From Syntrophales bacterium (GTDB lineage Bacteria; Desulfobacterota; Syntrophia; Syntrophales; PHBD01), in the NCBI GenBank assembly GCA_963668175.1, contig OY764159.1, positions 1,824,001 to 1,888,000 of the forward strand: DNA of 64,000 nt, read 5' to 3'. Positions 30,762-39,808 of this stretch are shown one piece after another (the stretch's first letter is position 1; every line of letters starts with the position of its first letter). The notes beneath the pieces were generated by a model. That model was given only the letters and a program-made list of their open reading frames with translations. It made no database searches and was not told where the DNA came from. The translations under genes were made by a program, and so were the position numbers.

Positions 30762-32546
30762 ATGAGGCAGTACTTCGAAAAAATGGATGACATCGGGAAG
30801 CCGCTCAAGCCCCAACAGGTTGAGGCGATGAAGGAGAACGTTGAAAAGATCGACACAATCATGAAAGAGATCGACGGCGAAGTCGAGCGAATCAAGAATT
30901 ACGGCGTATCCTTGGACAGCATTCACGAGCGGGGTGAAATGAGCGTTTGGGAACGGATCGAATACCTGGTCGATCCCGGCACCTTCTGCGGCCTCCACAC
31001 GATCTACGATCCCGAGAACGAGGAGTCCGGCCATACGGGCGTCATCGACGGGCTGGCCCGGATCAACGGGCGCTGGTGCATCGTCATCGGCTTCAACAAC
31101 AAATGGATCGCCGGCGCATGGATTGCCGGTCAGGCCGACAACAACCTGCGCGTGACCGACATCGCCAAGACGCTTAATATTCCGCTGGTCTGGCTGGTCA
31201 ACTGCTCAGGCGTCAAGCTGCCCGAGCAGGAGAAAGTCTATGCCAACCGCAGAGGGCAGGGGACCTGCTTCTATCGCCATGCGGAGCTCGAGCAGATGGG
31301 TATTCCCGTCATCGCGGGCATCTACGGCACCAACCCCGCCGGCGGCGGCTACCAGGGCGTGAGTCCCACGATCCTCCTGGCCCACAAGAAGTGCAACATC
31401 GCCGTGGGCGGCGGCGGCATCGTGAGCGGCATGACCCCCAAGGGTTCCTTCGATGAAGAAGGCGCGGAGAAACTGATCGAGGCCACCCGGCACTTCAAGG
31501 CCGTTCCTCCGGGAAGCGTCAAGATACACTACGACGTGACGGGGTTCTTCAAGGCGGTTTACGAGACGGAAACGCAGGTTCTCGACGCCATCAAGGAATG
31601 GATGGCCTATCTGCCCGCCTACGATCCCAAATTCTTCCGGGTTGCGGAGCCCGCGGCGCCGAAATTCGCCCCGGCCGAGCTTCCGTCGATCGTTCCCGTC
31701 AACACCAAGGAAGTCTATACCCTGAGTAATGTCGTCGCCCGTCTGGTGGACAATTCCGAGTTCATGGAATTCCGCCCGGGCTTCGGTCCCGAGATCCTGT
31801 GCGGTCTCACCAAGATCGACGGATACCTCATGGCGATCATCGGCAACAACCAGGGTTTGCTCATGAATTATCCGGAATATACCAATGCCTATCACGGCAT
31901 CGGCGGCAAGCTGTACCGTCAGGGCTTGATCAAGATGAACGAGTTCGTGACCCTCTGCAACCGCGACGGCGTCCCCATCATCTGGATCCAGGATACGTCG
32001 GGAATCGACGTGGGCGACATCGCCGAGCAGGCCGAACTTCTGGGGCTCGGTCAATCGCTGAACTACTCCGTCGAAAAGACGGAACTGCCGATGATGCTCG
32101 TCGTCCTGCGTAAGGGCACGGCGGCCGCGCACTATGTCATGGGCGGCCCGACGGCCAACAACAACAACGCCTTCACCCTCGGCACGGCGGCGACGGAAAT
32201 CAACGTCATGCACGGAGAGACGGCGGCGGCGGCAAGCTACGCCCGCCGGCTCGTGAAGGAGAAGGACGCGGGCCGTTCGCTGAAGCCGGTCATCGACAAG
32301 ATGAACGAGATGGTGAAGCATTATCAGGACACCTCAAGGCCGTTCTTCTGCGCGAAGAAAGGTCTTGTGGACGAAGTCGTGAAGCTCGATGCTCTCCGGA
32401 ACTACTTCGTCGCGTTCGCGAACTGCGCCTGGCAGAACCCGAAGTCGTTCTGCCCGCAGCACCACATGATTCTTCCCAGAATGATCCGGTCCCAGATCGT
32501 TACGGGTTTGGCCCGTCCGAAAAAGGCCGATCTGAAGGTTGCGTAA
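30762..32546 (+). CDS. gcdA: Glutaconyl-CoA decarboxylase alpha (carboxyltransferase) subunit
   Basis: NCSGVKLPEQEKVYANRRG, GTNPAGGGY, GIGGKLYRQGLIKMNEF, RKGTAAAHYVMGGP. Confidence 0.9.
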   Translation: MRQYFEKMDDIGKPLKPQQVEAMKENVEKIDTIMKEIDGEVERIKNYGVSLDSIHERGEMSVWERIEYLVDPGTFCGLHTIYDPENEESGHTGVIDGLARINGRWCIVIGFNNKWIAGAWIAGQADNNLRVTDIAKTLNIPLVWLVNCSGVKLPEQEKVYANRRGQGTCFYRHAELEQMGIPVIAGIYGTNPAGGGYQGVSPTILLAHKKCNIAVGGGGIVSGMTPKGSFDEEGAEKLIEATRHFKAVPPGSVKIHYDVTGFFKAVYETETQVLDAIKEWMAYLPAYDPKFFRVAEPAAPKFAPAELPSIVPVNTKEVYTLSNVVARLVDNSEFMEFRPGFGPEILCGLTKIDGYLMAIIGNNQGLLMNYPEYTNAYHGIGGKLYRQGLIKMNEFVTLCNRDGVPIIWIQDTSGIDVGDIAEQAELLGLGQSLNYSVEKTELPMMLVVLRKGTAAAHYVMGGPTANNNNAFTLGTAATEINVMHGETAAAASYARRLVKEKDAGRSLKPVIDKMNEMVKHYQDTSRPFFCAKKGLVDEVVKLDALRNYFVAFANCAWQNPKSFCPQHHMILPRMIRSQIVTGLARPKKADLKVA

Positions 32547-32555
32547 TATAAAAAA

Positions 32556-32577
32556 GCCGGCGGCTGCGGCCGCCGGC
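32556..32577. other. GC-rich stem-loop after gcdA
   Basis: GCCGGCGGC-TGCG-GCCGCCGGC with AT-rich flanks. Confidence 0.5.
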
Positions 32578-32610
32578 CATTTATAACCATAACAATTGAG
32601 GAGGAGAGAA

Positions 32611-32796
32611 ATGAACGTAGCATCGACCATGGGGCCCGTTCAGGTGGCGGCCCTGACGTATTTGATTTGCACGGTCATAGCGCTTGGCGTGGCGGGAGTC
32701 ATCCAGGTGATGTTCAACATAATGCAGGCCAGGAAAAAGAGAGCGGCGCAAGCCACTGCGGCAATGGTGCAGGGCAATACCGCCGCAAAAGCGTGA
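32611..32796 (+). CDS. gcdD: Small membrane anchor subunit of a Na+-translocating decarboxylase (delta/OadG-like)
   Basis: 61 aa, one TM helix then a basic/Ala-rich tail; GAGGAGG RBS; between gcdA and gcdB. Confidence 0.6.
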   Translation: MNVASTMGPVQVAALTYLICTVIALGVAGVIQVMFNIMQARKKRAAQATAAMVQGNTAAKA

Positions 32797-32834
32797 CCGG
32801 CCCGCCAGAGTCCAGAAAGGAAGAGTAATTGAAC

Positions 32835-34037
32835 ATGCACGATATTTTAACCTTTTTCCAGGGTGTTGCGACAATGGTGGAAGGGGATCCGACGATTGCC
32901 ATCGGCCGGATCGTCCTGATCGCCATCGGCATTGCCTTTGTGTTCCTGGGCGCCAAAGAGACCCTCGAACCCCTGATCATGATCCCCATGGGCGTGGGAA
33001 TGGCGGCCGTCAATGCGTCGGTGCTGTATATGTCCGCAACCACCATGGGCACGATCTTTATCGATCCCATGGCGAGCGATCCGGCGCAGTTGATGAACAT
33101 TCTCCAGATCGACTTTCTGCAGCCCATTTATACCTTTACCTTCAGCAACGGTCTGATCGCGTGCCTGGTGTTCATGGGCATCGGCGTCATCACCGACATC
33201 GGGTACATCCTGATGGCGCCCTTCAGCAGCATGATCATTGCGATCTTCGCCGAACTGGGCACCGTTGCAACGTTCCCCATCGCCGTCTGGATGGGGTTGA
33301 CCTACAAGGAAGCGGCTTCGATCGCCATCGTCGGCGGCGCGGACGGTCCCATGGTCCTCTTCACATCCCTCATGCTGGCGAAGGACCTGTTCGTACCTAT
33401 CACGATCGTCGCATACCTCTATCTGAGCCTGACGTACGGCGGGTATCCCTATCTCATCAAGCTGCTTGTTCCGGAACGTCTCCGGGGCATCAGGATGGAT
33501 CTGAAGAATCTGCCGACGAACATCACCCCGATGGAGAAGATAGGCTTTTCCATCATCACCTGCACCATTCTCTGCCTTCTGTTCCCGGTCGCAGGTCCGT
33601 TGTTCATGTCCTTCTTCGTCGGCGTGATCATCAAGGAATCGGGCGTCAAGCACTACATCGATCTTATCAGCGGACCGATCCTGTATTCGTCCACGTTCTT
33701 CCTGGGGCTTGTCCTCGGCGTCCTCTGCGAGGCCAATACGATCCTGAACCCCAAGGTCCTGATCCTGCTGGTGCTGGGAATCCTGGCCCTCTTGATCTCG
33801 GGCATCGGCGGCATCATCGGCGGCTATGTCATGTACTTCGTCACGAAGGGCAAATTCAACCCCGTGGTGGGCATCGCCGGCGTGTCCTGCGTTCCCACGA
33901 CCGCGAAGGTTGCACAGAAGGAAATTGCCAAGATCAACCGGTTCGCCATGGTCCTTCCCTATGCCATGGGCGCTAATATCTCGGGTGTCATTACCTCGGC
34001 GATCCTTGCCGGCATTTATGTGACGTTGCTGAAATGA
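32835..34037 (+). CDS. gcdB: Na+-translocating decarboxylase beta subunit
   Basis: LEPLIMIPMG, LVFMGIGVITD, AELG, IVGGADGP, AGVSCVP, AMGANISGVITSA. Confidence 0.92.
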   Translation: MHDILTFFQGVATMVEGDPTIAIGRIVLIAIGIAFVFLGAKETLEPLIMIPMGVGMAAVNASVLYMSATTMGTIFIDPMASDPAQLMNILQIDFLQPIYTFTFSNGLIACLVFMGIGVITDIGYILMAPFSSMIIAIFAELGTVATFPIAVWMGLTYKEAASIAIVGGADGPMVLFTSLMLAKDLFVPITIVAYLYLSLTYGGYPYLIKLLVPERLRGIRMDLKNLPTNITPMEKIGFSIITCTILCLLFPVAGPLFMSFFVGVIIKESGVKHYIDLISGPILYSSTFFLGLVLGVLCEANTILNPKVLILLVLGILALLISGIGGIIGGYVMYFVTKGKFNPVVGIAGVSCVPTTAKVAQKEIAKINRFAMVLPYAMGANISGVITSAILAGIYVTLLK

Positions 34038-34231
34038 ACGGAATAAAGAAAAACAAGTTGTACTGGGTTCTGGGAACGGCCGTCGCCCTCGTCGGGGTGG
34101 CCGCCGTTCGCCTCGTCGCACCGGAACTGAACGGAATGAATCAAAAAGTGCTCGTATGCCTGGGCTATTTCGTTTCGCTCTCAGGCATCGTCGTCGTCGC
34201 CTACGGTGCGAACGGCGGGAGAAAGAACTGA
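34034..34231 (+). CDS. Small two-TM hypothetical protein coupled to gcdB
   Basis: ATGA overlap with the gcdB stop; 65 aa with two hydrophobic stretches. Confidence 0.6.
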   Translation: MNGIKKNKLYWVLGTAVALVGVAAVRLVAPELNGMNQKVLVCLGYFVSLSGIVVVAYGANGGRKN

Positions 34232-34336
34232 AACGTCCGGAAATCGGTGCCTCCGGAAAGGCGCCGCCTACGGGGTTTCGATATGCGGAGCAAAAACCCA
34301 ACAGTCAATACAAAAGCAATATTTGGAGGTTAGAAC

Positions 34337-34552
34337 ATGGCTACAGAAGTATTTTCACCCATTGAAGGTAAAGTTTTGAAGATCACCGTGAAACCGGGAG
34401 ATCAGGTTCAGGTCGAAGATCAGCTGTTCATTCTCGAGGCCTTTAAGATGGAGAATCCCATCTGCGCCGAGCAGGCGGGAGTCGTCAAGGAGATCAAGGT
34501 CAAAGAGAACGATATGGTCAAGGCCGAACAAGTCGTTCTGGTTCTCGAATAA
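34337..34552 (+). CDS. gcdC: Biotin carboxyl carrier subunit of glutaconyl-CoA decarboxylase
   Basis: 71-aa biotinyl domain (SPIEGKV...VKPGD...LEAFKMENPI...GVVKEI); GGAGG RBS. Confidence 0.85.
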   Translation: MATEVFSPIEGKVLKITVKPGDQVQVEDQLFILEAFKMENPICAEQAGVVKEIKVKENDMVKAEQVVLVLE

Positions 34553-34739
34553 CAGGCGGATAACAGATTCATTTTTTGTCGTTTCGAAGGGATGAATCGG
34601 CGGAATAAGGAGGGGGGCAATCCATGATGCCGAATCCGTGCGGACACGCGGGAGAGTCTGTGCCGAAAAAGGCGGGAATGCCCTGATAAAGTCAATGTAG
34701 ACAGTAACAGCAGCAGAGAAAGGAGAGGGGAGTGCGTCT

Positions 34740-36143
34740 ATGTCTCAACAATTAATCATCATTATACTCTATATCCTGGCGACAGTCGCAATCGGAGTCT
34801 GGTCGATGACGAGAACGAAGGGATCGGATTCCTTTCACGGCGCGGGGCTGGGAGTTCTGGCCACGGTCGCCGCGGGAACGGGCGAATGGCTGGGCGGCAC
34901 GTCCACGATCGGCGTGGCGCAGTATGGTTTCACGTCCGGCTTGTCAGGTTCGTGGTATACGATATCGAACGGTATCGGCATCATGTTCCTGGCCATGTTC
35001 TTCGCGAAAAAATACCGCAGCTTGGAACAGATCACGGTCCCGGGCCTGATTGAGCAGTTCATCGGCGGAAAATCGCCCCGGGTGGTCGCCGCCGTCATTC
35101 TGACCTTCGTCATGATCGTCGTCGGGGCGGCGCAGATCATCGCCGCCGGGTCGCTGGGCGTTACCGTTCTTGGTATTCCCTATGATATATCCTGTATCAT
35201 CCTGGGCATCGCCTTTATCGTCTATACGCTGGCCGGCGGCATGAACGCCGTGGCTTCCACCAATGTCCTGCACCTCATCGCCATGTACGGCGGTATCGTC
35301 GTTGCACTTATCATGCTGCGGTCGGACCTGGGCGGTTCTTTCGATCCGCTTTACACAGCCCTGCCGGCGTTCCCATACTGGAGCTGGTTCGGCATCGGCG
35401 TGCCCAAGGTCACGTCGTGGATCATCGCTTCGATCCTCGGCGCATGTACGGCCCAGGCGGGCATTCAGCCCATCCTGGCGGCCAAGGACGTGAATGTTGC
35501 GAAAACGGGCGCTATCCTGACGGCCTGTCTGGTTGCGCCTTTCGGCATCTTCACATGCATCCTGGGTATGGCGGCGAAGGTCAAGTATCCGGCCATCAAG
35601 GCCAGTCTGGCCATGCCGACCATGCTGATGAACATGGACCCCATCGCCGGCGGCATAGTGCTGGCTTCGATCCTGGCGGCCGTCCTCTCGACGATCTCCC
35701 CGATCATTCTGGCGGCCGGAACCATGGTCACCAAGGACATCTATCAGCGCGTCCTCAAACCGGATGCGACCGACAAGCAGATTATGTTCACCTCGCGCAC
35801 CCTGACGGCCATCGCCGGCGTGCTGACCATCGTCATCGCCATGATCCCCAACATTAAAATTCTCGACATGGTCTATTTCGCCTATACGATGCGCGGTTCC
35901 ATCTTCGTCATCATTCTCTTCGCCATCTACTGGAATAAAACGTCGCAGAAGGGTGCCGTCTGGGCCATGGTCGCCACGGCGATCGCGGGATTCGGATGGG
36001 TCGCCTACCGGGCGAAATTCGGGACGTTCCCGATCCATGAAGAATTCAACGAGACCTATATTTCGCTCATCGTGGCGACCGTCTTCACGCCTCTGTTGAG
36101 CATGGTATTCACCAAAAAGGCTACGGATGAGAAGCCGAGTTAG
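34740..36143 (+). CDS. Sodium:solute symporter (SSS family), probable dicarboxylate uptake
   Basis: GEWLGGTSTIG, YTLAGGMNAVASTN, ILAAVLST, TKDIY; about 13 TM segments. Substrate inferred from context only. Confidence 0.85.
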   Translation: MSQQLIIIILYILATVAIGVWSMTRTKGSDSFHGAGLGVLATVAAGTGEWLGGTSTIGVAQYGFTSGLSGSWYTISNGIGIMFLAMFFAKKYRSLEQITVPGLIEQFIGGKSPRVVAAVILTFVMIVVGAAQIIAAGSLGVTVLGIPYDISCIILGIAFIVYTLAGGMNAVASTNVLHLIAMYGGIVVALIMLRSDLGGSFDPLYTALPAFPYWSWFGIGVPKVTSWIIASILGACTAQAGIQPILAAKDVNVAKTGAILTACLVAPFGIFTCILGMAAKVKYPAIKASLAMPTMLMNMDPIAGGIVLASILAAVLSTISPIILAAGTMVTKDIYQRVLKPDATDKQIMFTSRTLTAIAGVLTIVIAMIPNIKILDMVYFAYTMRGSIFVIILFAIYWNKTSQKGAVWAMVATAIAGFGWVAYRAKFGTFPIHEEFNETYISLIVATVFTPLLSMVFTKKATDEKPS

Positions 36144-36157
36144 CTTTTAAACCATAC

Positions 36158-36195
36158 ATGAACCCCGGGGGATGGCAATGGCTTTCGGGGTTCAT
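36158..36195. terminator. Stem-loop ending the glutarate operon
   Basis: ATGAACCCCGGGG...TTTCGGGGTTCAT inverted repeat shortly after the stop. Confidence 0.5.
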
Positions 36196-36324
36196 CAAGA
36201 GAGGCAGGGGCGAGGCGAAAACCCCGCCCCTGTCTCCTCCTCATTGCTTCCCGGAAGGGAATTTAAAGAGAAATATGGTATAATAGATCGAACCGGGTCG
36301 TCGTCGGAGAAGGAGGACGCTTCC

Positions 36325-36870
36325 ATGATACGGTCAAGAATCATATGGGCGGTAATCGTCGTTGCGGCGGCGGTATTGCTCCAGGCATGCACGAAGATCG
36401 AAGACGACCGTCCCACGATGGAGCGCGTCAAGATGAGCACCGAGTACCTCGATGTGCTCGGCAAGTACAACTCCGTTGCCCGGGAGTTCAGCCGGGCCGT
36501 AAAGCCCATGCAGGAAACCGAGAAGCGCATGGACGCGGCGTTCGACCAGGAATACTGGAATAAGTACGACGGCCAGTGGAAGAAAACCGTGGAGGCGATG
36601 AACGATCTCAAGGCTTATTCGTACCGCTTCGAACCTTTCAAGGAGATGAAACCGGATTTCGAGAAGTTCTTCGCCAGGATAGGGCAATACAACGACATCG
36701 TGGAGAGGATGCGCAAAGACAACGCGCCGTGGACGCCGGAGAGGAAAACCCGGTTCTATGCTGCCCTGGACCCCGTCTATGCCGACATTTTTCAGCAGAG
36801 CAAAGACATTACGCAAAAAATTGACGAAATCTACAACCGGGTCTTCGTCGTCGGAGAAAAAAAGCAATGA
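36325..36870 (+). CDS. Hypothetical helical lipoprotein
   Basis: Signal peptide with LLQAC lipobox; AAGGAGG RBS; extended -10 TGGTATAAT at 36276-36284. Confidence 0.75.
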   Translation: MIRSRIIWAVIVVAAAVLLQACTKIEDDRPTMERVKMSTEYLDVLGKYNSVAREFSRAVKPMQETEKRMDAAFDQEYWNKYDGQWKKTVEAMNDLKAYSYRFEPFKEMKPDFEKFFARIGQYNDIVERMRKDNAPWTPERKTRFYAALDPVYADIFQQSKDITQKIDEIYNRVFVVGEKKQ

Positions 36871-37381
36871 CGACGGGAAACCCGTTTATATAGGTGCCTG
36901 AGTAGTTCCACCACGACCTGCAGCCGCAGCTTCCCTTTCTGCGGCTGCAGGAAGGCATCGCCTGGGGGGGGGAGAATTATCGTCGATATCGACGTCTGTT
37001 TTTTAATCACCAAAACCCAGCCTCTTTCGACGAGGAATGCATTATTCCTTGTCCATCCCTTCATGTCGCCGGAAGGCCTTTCAACCGCCGGACAGCGGAG
37101 GAAAGGACCTTCCGGCCGACATGCCAGACCCCGGAGCCGATCCGGTACGGATTTCATAAGTACGCGCTCACCGTCAAGGCCGGTTCCCCGACAATAACGT
37201 CGCGGGAGAAGACAAAAACGTAACACCTGAAACACCCCGATTTTAGTCGAATATCGGGAACATTTCCCGGCAGGGATCGACATTTTTATCCCCTTCGGGT
37301 CATCCATCCCAACCGTTGCCGATTGTCCCAAACATCGATATATCGTAATCATTACAGTATGTTTATTATATTGTGAGCAAC

Positions 37382-37397
37382 TGGCACGCTATTTGAA
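37382..37397 (+). promoter_or_regulatory. Sigma54-like promoter with no adjacent CDS
   Basis: TGGCACG-CTAT-TTGAA: perfect -24, GA instead of GC at -12, AT-rich upstream. Confidence 0.55.
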
Positions 37398-37407
37398 ATA
37401 TAGAAGA

Positions 37408-37545
37408 CAACTCCTTGATTAACCCACTGGGCGAGGTTAATGGATGTAGAACGAAGCCAATTTCAACCCTTAAACCCCTAACTTCTTCAGCACCGGGAGG
37501 CCCTAAAGGCCTCCCGGACCTCCTCCATCAAAAACCCTTTTTGCG
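37408..37545 (+). ncRNA. Candidate sigma54-dependent small RNA
   Basis: Starts about 12 nt after the -12 element. Contains CTCCTT, a 7-bp hairpin, a pyrimidine/A-rich linker, a 10-bp hairpin, CCTCCTCC and a T-run. No credible ORF. Confidence 0.4.
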
Positions 37546-37981
37546 CTGTGCCGGGTATTCTATGGAGGGCGGCGGCGACTCCGCAATATCCGCTTGACTC
37601 GCACATTCATGTATTGTACTCACATACCATTCATATTGCACTTCATGCTCGCGGGAGCCGCCGACTCTCCCCTTTCCGGCCGTCTGTACCGGCGACAATT
37701 TCTCGTTTTTTCTGTAAGGATTTCAAACCCTGTCTGCTCGTCTTCCTGAAGAGATATTCAAGAGGGATGGGATACGCGTATGGGGGAAGCGGAAGAAATG
37801 CGGGAACGGAGACGTCGTATAAGCCGGATGATGGTCTGTCCGGCTGCAAAGACGCCATAGGGGAGGGGCGAAGGCGCAGCCGCGACCGCGCCGTTCGCAG
37901 CAGGGCCGGGAAGGCGAATGGGCGGCGGGACCGGCGCCGGCATGCAAAACAGACGGTCTACTGACGAAAGGGGGATGCGTT

Positions 37982-38557
37982 ATGGTCACCGAATACGAGA
38001 TAGACGGCCTCAAACTGAAAACAGGCGATTTGATCTGCACTTCCGACGGCGGTGCCGGCAGCATCGACGGCCAGTTCTGGCGATTGGTCGGAAAACTGAT
38101 TCCCGGCGACGTCGACCACATCGTCGTTTACGTGGGGCCCGACGGGCGCTGCGTGGAGGCGGGCGCCAAGGGAAAAGTGGTCTTTTTCAATATCCGGAAT
38201 AATCGCTGGAATGCCATCTGCATGAGAGACGAAAGGGGACCGCTGATCGACAGGTTCTACGGCATCGCCTATCCTCTCGCGGAAAGGACATGGGCCGAGG
38301 GGGAAGAGGAGGCCGTCCGAAGCAAGGTGGCCGCCTATTGCATCGAACAGGCCGAACGGCAGAAACCGTATAATCTCAACTTTCTCGATTCCGCGACGGA
38401 CAGCGCCTTCTACTGTAGCCAGCTGGCCTATAAGGCGTATCTCGGCGTCGGCATCGACCTCAATACCAACAAGAGCATCCCCCATATTCCGGGGACCGAA
38501 TCCATCGTTTTTCCGCAGGAGATTTGGGAAGGGTGCAGCCACTTGAGTGTTGCCTGA
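37982..38557 (+). CDS. Permuted papain-like NlpC/P60 protein (YiiX/YebB family)
   Basis: LKTGDLI, DHIVVYVG (His), PYNLNF...FYCSQLAYKAY (Cys after His), IVFPQEI; no signal peptide. Confidence 0.82.
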   Translation: MVTEYEIDGLKLKTGDLICTSDGGAGSIDGQFWRLVGKLIPGDVDHIVVYVGPDGRCVEAGAKGKVVFFNIRNNRWNAICMRDERGPLIDRFYGIAYPLAERTWAEGEEEAVRSKVAAYCIEQAERQKPYNLNFLDSATDSAFYCSQLAYKAYLGVGIDLNTNKSIPHIPGTESIVFPQEIWEGCSHLSVA

Positions 38558-38623
38558 GCCTCGTGGCAGGCGGAGCGCATCCGGCGGGTATGCCGGACGG
38601 AAGGCTTGCGGACGGCGTGCCGT

Positions 38624-39769
38624 TCACTGCTTGAGGAGACGCTGGAAATTGACGTCGGCGCCCAACACCCCGATCGTTCTTCCCTGGGAATCGCGCAGGG
38701 CCGCGGCCACGGTGAAGCAGAAGTCCCCCGTGGCGGCCGACCGGTAGATGTCCGTGGAACAAACGCCTTCTTTACGGACGGCTTCGAGATACCAGGGGCG
38801 CCGGGACCAATCGCGCCCGTAACCCGCCGGATCGTGAATGATCCGGCCGTCGCCGCGGCAGATGTTGTCCACAAGCTGGCGGCCCTTACCGTCCGTCAAA
38901 TAAACGAGTTCGAACGACGGATGCTGGTTCAGCCACCGCTCCAGAACCGCTTCGCAGCGCTCCCGGCTGCCCGCGGAATCCCTGAGACCGTCGAGCGCCG
39001 AGGCGACTTCCCGTTCGGCCTGCGTGTGGGCCAGGAAGCGGAACGTTCCCAGGGAGAGCAGCAGATCCTCCGTAAGCTTGATCATTTGGCCGCTCATCTC
39101 GCACATGGACCCGGCCCCTTTCCTCTGCGTTTCGGCGGACTCCGCCATGCCGTGCGCTTCCCTGTTGACATGCTCGACGATACCGGTTTTTTCCTTATCG
39201 GCCGATCCCTCGCGGCCCGACATCCCGGAGACCTTCGCGATGCCGGCCCGCATGTCGCAGATGCTGGTTTCGATCCGCTGCGTCGTGCCGCCGGTGCGGT
39301 CGGCCAGGCGCTGCACCTCCTCCACGACGACGTTGAAAGCCCTGCCCTGTTCGCCGGCGCGCGCCGCCTCGATACTGGCGTTGATCGAGATGATGCGGGT
39401 ATGTTCCGCAATCTGGGATACGGTCGCCAGGGCGTCCTCCACTTTCCCGGAAGAGGAGCGCAGCTCCGCCACGGACACTTCGAGAGCGTCGGCCAGAGAC
39501 GCCATCATGGCGGCGATTTGACCGGCCCTCCGGGCCTGGACCGTAGCCCGCTCCTCGATTTCCGCCGCCATTTGAGAGAGCTGCGGTCCCAGGGCCGCCA
39601 GGCGGACGGACAGGACGGCGATGCGGTCGAGCCGTTTCGATGTTTCGCGTTCCGGGCGGGAAGCCGCGCCGGCCGCGGGTGCGGATGCGGCCGGTTTCGG
39701 TGGACCCTGTTCTTCCAGCATGCTGCCGCTGAAGAGCCTTTTTCGGTATCTCCTGATGAGTGCATTCAT
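38624..39769 (-). CDS. Soluble methyl-accepting chemotaxis protein with C-terminal Cache/PDC domain
   Basis: Hairpin tip IAEHTRIISINASIEAARAGEQGRAFNVVVEEVQRLA; C-terminal DWSRRPWY...IYRS...IGVLGADV; no TM. Confidence 0.85.
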   Translation of the reverse strand: MNALIRRYRKRLFSGSMLEEQGPPKPAASAPAAGAASRPERETSKRLDRIAVLSVRLAALGPQLSQMAAEIEERATVQARRAGQIAAMMASLADALEVSVAELRSSSGKVEDALATVSQIAEHTRIISINASIEAARAGEQGRAFNVVVEEVQRLADRTGGTTQRIETSICDMRAGIAKVSGMSGREGSADKEKTGIVEHVNREAHGMAESAETQRKGAGSMCEMSGQMIKLTEDLLLSLGTFRFLAHTQAEREVASALDGLRDSAGSRERCEAVLERWLNQHPSFELVYLTDGKGRQLVDNICRGDGRIIHDPAGYGRDWSRRPWYLEAVRKEGVCSTDIYRSAATGDFCFTVAAALRDSQGRTIGVLGADVNFQRLLKQ

Positions 39770-39808
39770 GAACGCCGATGTCCTGGAGAGGTGATTGCCC
39801 GTGCATAG

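Noticed and set aside
37780..37860. 26-aa ORF MGEAEEMRERRRRISRMMVCPAAKTP
   Set aside because: Too short, no well-placed RBS and no recognisable family.
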